Source of the DNA: Desulfobacterales bacterium
GTDB lineage: Bacteria; Desulfobacterota; Desulfobacteria; Desulfobacterales; UBA5616
DNA length: 11,161 nt
Assembly (NCBI GenBank): GCA_046483495.1
Contig: JAWODC010000081.1
Location: forward strand, 1 to 11,161
Direction: 5' to 3'
Shown: piece after piece, positions 1 to 7,129 of the stretch
How positions within the stretch are numbered: position 1 is the first letter of the stretch
Layout of the letters: every line of letters starts with the position of its first letter
Program-made: the position numbers and the translations under genes
The notes under the pieces: model-generated
Database searches by the model: none
Told to the model about the DNA's origin: nothing
Seen by the model: only the letters and a program-made list of their open reading frames with translations

Positions 1-1534
1 CCTTCCCGGTCCGGGTTACACCCCGAATGACGCCGTCATTCAAAAACCACGCCAGCAGTCGCAACCCGACCTGCTCCCTGCCGGTTTCCCTTAAATCCAG
101 CTTTCGATAAGGTTCGGGTTCCGGTATGGCTTTCTCGTGATCGATCAGATGCTTCAAAAAATTCAACAGCCGCGTCAGCCGCAGCAGCGTTACGGCCTGG
201 GCGCGTGTCGTTTCGTGCGCTACGGGTATTGTGGTGGCCCGCATCAGCGAATATGCTTCAGGGAATAGTCCCGAGTGCCGATATCGGTTCCAATCAAGGC
301 TGCCGGGAGCGGGATAATAAATGGAAAGAGCCGCCAGTACCGGTTGCCGGGCAAGAAAAAGCAGGTCTTGAAGCGAATGGCCCGGCTTCTGAAAAGGAGC
401 GCCCGCGATAACATATCCGACCGCTCCAAGGCCGTAAATTCCGGCCCACACAAGTGCATCCTGAAACGCGCGAGATACGTCGGGCCTTGAAAATCGCTTG
501 AGCTGCGCATCATTGGTGGTGCACAATGAGAGATTCAAAAAAGAAAATCCGGCCTCTTTCATTGCGGCCACCACCGTTTCATCAAGAGATGGAGGAAAAA
601 GTCCGTTCATGGCCCGAAGCTCCAGGTTCAGCGACTTGTATCGAAGGGTCATTTCTTTTAACAAATCGAGAAACCAGCGTTTATCGAGCGAGAGGTTTTC
701 ATCTTCGAAATCCACGAATCCAAGATTTCCTTCATGGACCGCGATGTCGATCTCACGAATGACCGCATCGACGGATTTTCTCCGATAAGGCACGGTCTTT
801 CCTACGCAGCAATAGGAACACCTCCGGGGGCACCCGCGTCCGGCGGTTACCACGATGCTTCGTTTTTTTTTGCGATGATAATACGAATTCTCGATCAGGT
901 GTCCTGCGGGCGGGGGATAATTATCGAGACGGTCCATGTAAACGGGCGGATTGATCACCGGTCGTCCGGTTTCAGTCTTATATCCCAGACCCGGCAGATC
1001 GTTTACGGGCGCATTCTTTTGAACAGCACCGGCCAAAAGCGGCATTGCGACCTCCCCATCTCCCCGTATAATGAAATCCACAGCCTCACACCTCAACACA
1101 TCTTCCGGGCAATGGGTCGGATGGTGCCCGCCGAGCACCACCTGACACTCCGGAATCGCCTGCTTGACTACACGGGCGGTCTCGAAAGCTTCATCTCTAT
1201 AGGCGGTAAACAAAGATGAAATCCCCACCAGGAAGGCCCCGGATATTTTTATACGGCTGTGAAGATATGCGTAGCTGTACCCGTAGTGGCGGTATTGGTG
1301 GAACAATGAAAAGGGGGAAATGTCCTCCATACCGTAAAACGGTTGGAGATAAGCCATCTGATCAGGCAATCGAAGCGGGCGTGATTTTGAAACCGCCAGC
1401 GCATCGAGAATCGTAACATCGAAACCATGATCCATCAGAACCCGGGCGATACAGGCCAATCCATAGGGAATGGTTCGCTTGGCGGTCAGGTAAAAATCAC
1501 GGATCGGGGGTTGTATCAGGAGGATATCCGTCAT
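1..1534 (-). CDS. Cobalamin (B12)-binding domain radical SAM protein; 3' end lies outside the window (>=511 aa)
   Basis: Manual translation of the - strand from ATG at 1534 (AAGGA RBS at 1544-1540) is open to the window edge: MTDILLIQPPIRDFYLTAKRTIPYGLACIARVL...VGISSLFT...VVLGGHHPT...DFIIRGDGE (typical B12-binding Rossmann-domain motifs), then AGRGCPRRCSYCC (CxxxCxxC, Cys235/239/242, nt 832-809) and FEDEN. Not in the ORF track because no stop codon falls inside the window. Confidence 0.92.
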   Translation of the reverse strand, partial: MTDILLIQPPIRDFYLTAKRTIPYGLACIARVLMDHGFDVTILDALAVSKSRPLRLPDQMAYLQPFYGMEDISPFSLFHQYRHYGYSYAYLHSRIKISGAFLVGISSLFTAYRDEAFETARVVKQAIPECQVVLGGHHPTHCPEDVLRCEAVDFIIRGDGEVAMPLLAGAVQKNAPVNDLPGLGYKTETGRPVINPPVYMDRLDNYPPPAGHLIENSYYHRKKKRSIVVTAGRGCPRRCSYCCVGKTVPYRRKSVDAVIREIDIAVHEGNLGFVDFEDENLSLDKRWFLDLLKEMTLRYKSLNLELRAMNGLFPPSLDETVVAAMKEAGFSFLNLSLCTTNDAQLKRFSRPDVSRAFQDALVWAGIYGLGAVGYVIAGAPFQKPGHSLQDLLFLARQPVLAALSIYYPAPGSLDWNRYRHSGLFPEAYSLMRATTIPVAHETTRAQAVTLLRLTRLLNFLKHLIDHEKAIPEPEPYRKLDLRETGREQVGLRLLAWFLNDGVIRGVTRTGK

Positions 1535-1626
1535 GGTTTTCCTTCTGCATGGGCGTAGTGGATTTTTCAGTCATCAGGCAAAAGCCTAAATTGGAAAGCC
1601 TATCTTCTACCATTCTCACATCTTTT

Positions 1627-1653
1627 TTGCCAATATATTTGCAATTAATTTGC
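1627..1653. promoter_or_regulatory. Near-perfect 18-bp palindrome TTGCCAATATATTTGCAA (1627-1644), overlapped by GCAA-N5-TTGC (1641-1653), in an AT-rich divergent promoter region; candidate transcription-factor operator
   Basis: Seen directly: 8 of 9 positions pair. It lies in the 213-bp spacer between the divergent starts at 1534 (-) and 1748 (+). Function is inferred. Confidence 0.4.
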
Positions 1654-1747
1654 CTCTTAAAAAAATTTATTATAGAAGGGTTTGCGTCATTTGAGGCGAT
1701 TTTGGGGAGCTTACAACCCTTGGAAATACATAGTAAAGGAGGTAATC

Positions 1748-2320
1748 GTGAAATCAAAGACGGTAAAGGACCTGATGGTCCCACTTTCGGAATACGCCAC
1801 GGTTTCGGAAGATGCGACGCTCTATGAAGCGGTAATGGCGCTTCGTAGAGCCCAGGAAGAATTTGACCAGACGCGTGATCGCCACCGGGCAATCCTCGTC
1901 TATAACAAATTCGACAAAATAGTTGGAAAAATCAGTCAGTTGGACGTTCTTCATTCCCTTGAACCCAAGTATGGGGAAATGGGGGATGGTCCGATGACCC
2001 GATTCGGCCTGTCGCGGTACGGATTCAGCCCGAAGTTTATGAGAACGATGATGTCCCAATTCAATCTCTGGGAAAAATCGCTGGAAGAAAGCTGCAGAAT
2101 CGCCGGCAAACTCAAGGTGAAAGATATCATGTATACCCCGACACTGGGTGAATTCGTCGAAGACACCGCCAGTCTGTCGGTCGCCATTCACCAGCTGCTT
2201 CTGGGCCACCACCAATCCCTGCTGGTAACCCGCAGGAGAGACATTGTCGGCATTCTGCGGCTGACGGACGTATTTCGAGAAGTCAGCCTGACGTTCGAGC
2301 GCATCGGAAAACCCGGTTAG
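1748..2320 (+). CDS. CBS-pair (Bateman module) protein, 190 aa (copy 1)
   Basis: Start revised from 1682 to GTG at 1748, which follows a perfect AAGGAGGT RBS (1736-1743). CBS motifs VKDLMVP...KIVGKISQLDVL and KVKDIMYTP...LLVTRRRDIVGILRLTDVF. Clear paralog of 5552..6109. Confidence 0.9.
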   Translation: MKSKTVKDLMVPLSEYATVSEDATLYEAVMALRRAQEEFDQTRDRHRAILVYNKFDKIVGKISQLDVLHSLEPKYGEMGDGPMTRFGLSRYGFSPKFMRTMMSQFNLWEKSLEESCRIAGKLKVKDIMYTPTLGEFVEDTASLSVAIHQLLLGHHQSLLVTRRRDIVGILRLTDVFREVSLTFERIGKPG

Positions 2321-2458
2321 CCGACATATGTTCGCCGCCCATGACGGGACCGTTTTGAATCGCATTTATTTCCTCCCGCGTGGCAAGCTGGAGAGCACCA
2401 TACATTTGTGTTCGAGCAAATGCAGATGTTTCGAAGGATCAACGGAGGTTAGGATCTA

Positions 2459-3958
2459 ATGGAAAAGAATATTGAATATGATATCGAAAAAAAGAAAATC
2501 GACTGGAAGAAGTATATCTTTTTGTTCTTGGGCATTTCCCTTTTTGCCGTAATGTATTATGCCCCCCCGTTTCCCGATGCCGTCGATCCGACAGGAGAGC
2601 ACTTTCCGTTGTCCCGCGAGGCCAAAGGGGCGCTCGCGGTATTTCTGCTGGCGGGTACCTGGTGGGTATTCGAGGTTTTGCCCATCGGGATCACCAGTAT
2701 CGCCATCGGCGTGCTCCAGGCCCTGTTTCTCATTCGTCCGGCAAAGGCCGCCTTCAAGGATTTCATGGACCCGTCGGTCATGTTCATTTTTGCCTCCCTG
2801 ATGATCGGAATGGTGTTTACCAAGACCGGACTCACCAAGCGATTAGCCTACAAAATGCTGATGATCGTGGGTGAGCGCACCAGCATGATCTATCTCGGAT
2901 GTTTTATCGTTACAGCCGCCCTGACCCACATCATGGCCCATACCGCGGTTGCTGCGACGATTTATCCACTGCTGCTTTCCATTTACGCCCTCTATGGCGA
3001 AGGAGACAAGCAGACGCGCTTCGGCAAAGGTCTTTTTATCGGTATGGCCTATGTCGCCGGCGCAGGCAGCATCGTTACGCTTCTGGGCGCAGCCCGGGGT
3101 GCCGTTGCCCTCGGATTTTACCAGGACATCCTGTCCGAAAACATCGCGGCCGGGCTGAATATGGATATCTCGTTCTTTAATCTGAGCTTTTTTATGTTTC
3201 CCATCGGCTGGTTGATGACGTTTTTGCTGTGGGGCTTTTTCATGGTGTTTTTTAAACCCGAAAAGAAGGTGATCCCCGGTCTGAGGGAAAAGGCCGCCCA
3301 GTTGAACAGCCAGTTGGGTCCCATGACAAAAAACGAAATAGTCGCCGCCCTCATCGTTTTCTTCTGTATTGTCCTGATGGGTATTCGGCCATATATTCCA
3401 AGCCTTCAGCCCATAGACAAAACAGCCATTATTCTGCTGTCCACCTTAATGTTTTTTATTACCGGCATTATGGATATCGAGGATCTCGAATCCATTCCCT
3501 GGAACATCATCCTGCTCTTTGCCGGGGCCATGAGCATCGGGTTCTGTTTGTGGGAAACCGGCGCTGCAAAATGGCTGGCCGTCAACTGGCTGGCTATGTT
3601 CCAGAAAGCTCCGGGATTTATTTTCATCATGAGCATCGCCTTTTTCGTGATGATGATGACCAACTTCATCATGAACGTGGCCGCCATCGCCATATCGCTT
3701 CCCGTGGCACTGGTAATCGCTCCTTACCTGGGGGTGGCCCCCGAGGTTATCACATTCGCCTCTCTGGTGGCCGCAGGCATGCCGTTTCTGTTCCTGGTGG
3801 GCGCCGCGCCCAATGCCATCGCCTATGATTCCAAGCAGTTTTCCACGGGCGAATTTTTTCTGTACGGCATACCGGCCAGCATTATACTGATGGTGGTCAT
3901 CGCGGTCTTCGTCTGGCTCATATGGCCCCTGATGGGTATGCCGGTAATGATAAAATGA
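2459..3958 (+). CDS. DASS/SLC13-family anion (sulfate/dicarboxylate-type) permease, 499 aa
   Basis: GGAGG RBS at 2444-2448. Highly hydrophobic multi-TM protein with family signatures WWVFEVLPIGITS, TGLTKRLA, IPWNIILLFAGAMSIG...ETGAAKWLA and C-terminal APNAIAY. Substrate cannot be assigned from sequence. Confidence 0.9.
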   Translation: MEKNIEYDIEKKKIDWKKYIFLFLGISLFAVMYYAPPFPDAVDPTGEHFPLSREAKGALAVFLLAGTWWVFEVLPIGITSIAIGVLQALFLIRPAKAAFKDFMDPSVMFIFASLMIGMVFTKTGLTKRLAYKMLMIVGERTSMIYLGCFIVTAALTHIMAHTAVAATIYPLLLSIYALYGEGDKQTRFGKGLFIGMAYVAGAGSIVTLLGAARGAVALGFYQDILSENIAAGLNMDISFFNLSFFMFPIGWLMTFLLWGFFMVFFKPEKKVIPGLREKAAQLNSQLGPMTKNEIVAALIVFFCIVLMGIRPYIPSLQPIDKTAIILLSTLMFFITGIMDIEDLESIPWNIILLFAGAMSIGFCLWETGAAKWLAVNWLAMFQKAPGFIFIMSIAFFVMMMTNFIMNVAAIAISLPVALVIAPYLGVAPEVITFASLVAAGMPFLFLVGAAPNAIAYDSKQFSTGEFFLYGIPASIILMVVIAVFVWLIWPLMGMPVMIK

Positions 3959-3964
3959 TGAAAA

Positions 3965-4030
3965 TTGAAAAATAGAAAGCAAGAAGGTTAGCGGACCGTT
4001 TGAACATCCACTAACCTTCTTCGTTTTCAA
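3965..4030. terminator. Probable bidirectional intrinsic terminator between the convergent transporter and beta-helix genes
   Basis: Perfect 11-bp inverted repeat AAGAAGGTTAG (3981-3991) / CTAACCTTCTT (4011-4021), extendable inward (GGA/TCC). The left flank is A-rich and the right flank T-rich (TTGAAAA 3965-3971 / TTTTCAA 4024-4030). Confidence 0.75.
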
Positions 4031-4048
4031 ATGGCTTTTTCTATTCGG

Positions 4049-5473
4049 TTAAGGCTGAATCATTATGGTTGGATACAGCCCGAGCTTATCCCCCTCGGGA
4101 TACGGCTGTATGGTGTTGAACGAAATATTCTGATTTTTCTGGGCATGGCCCCTGTTTTCGCCGGCGTCATTGAAAAAAGCGCCGTTTGCCTCCAGAATAT
4201 GGTGGATCCGATCCTTAAAGGCGGTAATAAAGGCATTGCCGCTCCCCTCGAAAAACATGTTTCCCTTCGAAAAACCGGCTTTTATTTTCTTGAACTCGGA
4301 TATGGGCAAGCTGTTCATATCGCGTTCTTTTCGATTGGTAATCATCCCCCAAACCACATGGCCGTCAGGTACGGCAAGGTCTTCAACGACATCGATGATC
4401 GTGTGGGGCATGACAATGCATTCCTTTCCGATGGTGAGCCGAACATCAGGCCGCCCCCGCAAAAAGCTGTTAAACCCAACGAATCCGTTCCTGCCCATAT
4501 CCGCCTCGATGATCTTCGCACCATGGGCCGTCACATTGTAGCCTTCCAGTCGTGAATTGATGATAAAACAATTTTCCTGTGCATTGGCGCCTTTTCCGAG
4601 CCAAGCGTTTTGAAGAAAAGCCCGCTGGGATACCAGAACGTTTTCACCGATGTGGGTCTGCGTATCCGTGACGGCATATCGATCCAATGATGCACTGGCG
4701 GGTACCGGCACGGGAGGCTTATGATTGACCTTGTCGAAAACGGGTTGAAACGCTTCTTTTCGCTCTTCCAGAAAATCGATCAGCCGCCCCCGCGGTGGGT
4801 TGCCTGCTGAAAATGAAATATATCCGCTCAATCGATCCAGGGGATACCGGTACAGGAAATTGAAAACATCACCGTTTTTTACCCAGACCGTGCCCGGTCC
4901 GATGTTCTGGTGACTGATTTCACCGGCTTGTATGTAAGAAAACGTGCCGATAATGCAGTCTCGAAGGGTGGTCAAATCCACCGTGGAAAACGGGCCGAGA
5001 AAACACCCGGAAGATGGTGACCCGTGAATATTGGCATAATTTAAGGAAATGGTATCCCGAATATAAAATTTTTCCAGGGTTTCAGGGTCGTGGCTGTAAT
5101 TGTGAACCAACGTTTTGATGAGAAAGCTGTCCTCGATGTCGATGCCTTCGTCATCGGTGATCGGAATGGGCTGGCCGTTGTACTGAAATGCATCGCCTTT
5201 TTTCTTGAGTTCATCGCCGCGAATATCACTTTTGTACAACAGGGAGTTTCTCACCCGGCATTTGCCGAGAAAATAACTTCCGGAAAGGCTGGAATGCACA
5301 AGCTGCAAATCCAGCGGATGATTGGGGGTAATCCCGTAAAACGCATAGAATTTGAGAAGCTTACTCAATGGAATCAGATCGTGGATATACGGATTCACAT
5401 CGATATTCAGTTCACGAAGGTTGATATTGGTTCGCTGGACAATGCGCTGGTAAAGTTTTTCAAGTTCCTTCAT
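4049..5473 (-). CDS. Left-handed beta-helix (hexapeptide repeat) protein, 474 aa, with two gamma-carbonic-anhydrase-like domains in tandem
   Basis: Start revised from 5509 to ATG at 5473 (AAAGGA RBS upstream). Hexapeptide repeats in both halves (CFLGPFSTVD, CIIGTFSYIQ; THIGENVLVSQRAFLQNAWLGKGANAQ, LTIGKECIVMPHTII). Gamma-CA-like motifs IRGDE, LVH, IHG, NAQEN and TAHG. CDS and fold are well supported; enzymatic function is inferred. Confidence 0.85.
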   Translation of the reverse strand: MKELEKLYQRIVQRTNINLRELNIDVNPYIHDLIPLSKLLKFYAFYGITPNHPLDLQLVHSSLSGSYFLGKCRVRNSLLYKSDIRGDELKKKGDAFQYNGQPIPITDDEGIDIEDSFLIKTLVHNYSHDPETLEKFYIRDTISLNYANIHGSPSSGCFLGPFSTVDLTTLRDCIIGTFSYIQAGEISHQNIGPGTVWVKNGDVFNFLYRYPLDRLSGYISFSAGNPPRGRLIDFLEERKEAFQPVFDKVNHKPPVPVPASASLDRYAVTDTQTHIGENVLVSQRAFLQNAWLGKGANAQENCFIINSRLEGYNVTAHGAKIIEADMGRNGFVGFNSFLRGRPDVRLTIGKECIVMPHTIIDVVEDLAVPDGHVVWGMITNRKERDMNSLPISEFKKIKAGFSKGNMFFEGSGNAFITAFKDRIHHILEANGAFFNDAGENRGHAQKNQNISFNTIQPYPEGDKLGLYPTIMIQP

Positions 5474-5551
5474 CGTATTTCCTTTTTGGTTTATTTCACG
5501 GCGGGACACGCCCGCCCGGCGGTAGTTACGCCCTCACATAAACTACCGGCC

Positions 5552-6109
5552 TTACCCCGATGTTTCGTTTTCCTTCATGGCATGGAAAATCGCCGCAAAC
5601 ACATCCGACATCCGCAGAATACCGATAACCGACCCCTCCTCCATAACCATCAAGGACAAATACGGACCCGCGGCAAGCTGATGAATCGCCTCGTCCAATG
5701 ATGCGTCCACCCTGATATATTCGTACTCCGAAGGGGCCTGCATAAACTCTTCGACCCTCATTTTTGCCGGATTTCTGCAAATTTCCTGAAGGCTGCGGCC
5801 CTTGGGGCGGTGTTTTTCATGCATCGCCCCGATGAAATTCGGACTGAAGCCGAATCGGCCGATTTCACCGATTTCTTCCATTTGCCTGTTCCCCGCATTT
5901 ATGGATCGCAGCACGTCCAGTTGGCTGAGTTTTCCCACCACCTTTCCATCCTGGTCCATGACCAGAACCGCACGATGGTGGTACTTGCTGTGGTCGTATT
6001 CCTCCTGAGCCTTTTCCAGTGCGAATACCGCTTCGAAAACGGAAGAGCCCGTTGGAACGGTTGCGTATTCCGATAGCGGCACCATAAGATCCCGGACTGC
6101 ATATTCCAT
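5552..6109 (-). CDS. CBS-pair (Bateman module) protein, 185 aa (copy 2)
   Basis: Start revised from 6124 to ATG at 6109, 7 nt after GAGGAG. VRDLMVPLSEYATV...KVVGKLSQLDVL...VIGILRMSDVF. By hand count, 39 of 66 N-terminal residues are identical to copy 1. Confidence 0.9.
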   Translation of the reverse strand: MEYAVRDLMVPLSEYATVPTGSSVFEAVFALEKAQEEYDHSKYHHRAVLVMDQDGKVVGKLSQLDVLRSINAGNRQMEEIGEIGRFGFSPNFIGAMHEKHRPKGRSLQEICRNPAKMRVEEFMQAPSEYEYIRVDASLDEAIHQLAAGPYLSLMVMEEGSVIGILRMSDVFAAIFHAMKENETSG

Positions 6110-6192
6110 AGTATCACTCCTCAAAGTATCGGCACTGCCGTAGAAAGTAGTTCCAACCTCCGCCTACCCGGCGCTTGTATGATCTATTTTTA

Positions 6193-6208
6193 AGCGTGTA
6201 TCCTGCCA
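6193..6208 (-). promoter_or_regulatory. Candidate sigma-54 (-24/-12) promoter for the CBS2 / beta-helix operon
   Basis: The - strand reads TGGCAGGATACACGCT against consensus TGGCACG-N4-TTGCW: exact GG-N10-GC spacing and intact TGGCA, but TT is replaced by AC. It lies 84 nt upstream of ATG 6109. Confidence 0.45.
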
Positions 6209-6421
6209 TAAACCACTATCGAAATCAATTAAAAGAACTGAATAGCGCCCATTGCGGGCAATTGGGGGAAAAAATCGATTTTTCCAATCGACTATCATAA
6301 AAAACCGTAGTATAAAGAAGAATTACCAGGCTTTTTCGGGGTATTTTCGGTCGGGATTGTATGTGCCGACACGCGCCGACTAAAAGCCCCAAACCCAAAG
6401 AAATCGGTAGGGAAGGTGCGC

Positions 6422-7102
6422 ATGCTGGTGAAAGACTGGATGAGCAAAACCGTAGTGGCTGTCGATGCGGACGCTTCCATGGCCGATGCCGTAAAACTGC
6501 TCAAAGAACATCATATCCGGATGTTGCCGGTAATGAGCAACGGAAAACTCGTGGGGGTGGTGACAGACCGGGATATCAAGCGTGCCTCTGCTTCGGACGC
6601 AACCACCCTGGAAATTCATGAACTGCTCTATCTGATATCGGCCATAAAAATAACGGAGATTATGTCCCCCAACCCCATCACCGTTTCCGAAGATTACACG
6701 GTTGAGGAAACGGCCCGCATCCTGCTGGTCAATCGCATTTCCGGGGTTCCGGTGACGGATGCTTCCGGCTCGGTTGCGGGTGTGATCACCCAATCGGACC
6801 TGTTCAAGGTGATCATATCGATGACGGGTAGAGAACACAAGGGCATAGCCCTCGCCCTTCAGACCGAAGACAGGCCCGGTGCCGTTACGGAAGCCATTCA
6901 TACCATTAGAAACTTCAACGGCCGCATTATGAGTATTCTAAGCTCCCGTGAACAAGCCCCTGAAGGGCACCTTCGAATGTTTATTCGAATGTCCGCAGTC
7001 CCCACGGAAAAGCTGGACAGCCTGCTTTCCGACTTATCGCGGCATGCACGATTGTTGTATATGATAAACTATCAGGATAACAAGAGATATATCGCCGATT
7101 AA
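6422..7102 (+). CDS. AcuB-like CBS-pair + ACT domain protein, 226 aa
   Basis: Probable start at ATG 6422 (GGAAGGT just upstream). MLVKDWMSK, IRMLPV...LVGVVTDRDIKRASASDATTLEIHELLYL, ISGVPV...GVITQSDLF, and ACT-type EDRPGAVTEAIHTIRNFNGRIMSI. Gene symbol withheld because orthology to acuB is unverified. Confidence 0.9.
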   Translation: MLVKDWMSKTVVAVDADASMADAVKLLKEHHIRMLPVMSNGKLVGVVTDRDIKRASASDATTLEIHELLYLISAIKITEIMSPNPITVSEDYTVEETARILLVNRISGVPVTDASGSVAGVITQSDLFKVIISMTGREHKGIALALQTEDRPGAVTEAIHTIRNFNGRIMSILSSREQAPEGHLRMFIRMSAVPTEKLDSLLSDLSRHARLLYMINYQDNKRYIAD

Positions 7103-7129
7103 TCCGTTTTCGAAAAAGATGGCTCACAT

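Noticed and set aside
863..871. T9 homopolymer as a phase-variation tract or frameshift
   Set aside because: It encodes Lys-Lys-Lys in frame on the - strand and the reading frame is intact on both sides.
205..1416. Short ORFs in the track across the first 1.4 kb
   Set aside because: All overlap the radical SAM CDS (antisense or out of frame) and show no recognisable motifs.
2381..2396. TGGCAAGCTGGAGAGC as a sigma-54 promoter for the transporter
   Set aside because: GG-to-GC spacing is 11 nt rather than the required 10.
4049..5473. Calling the beta-helix protein GlmU, LpxA/LpxD or carboxysomal CcmM
   Set aside because: No nucleotidyltransferase domain, no RbcS-like repeats, and no lipid A or carboxysome genes nearby. 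The motif pattern fits a duplicated gamma-CA-like fold better.
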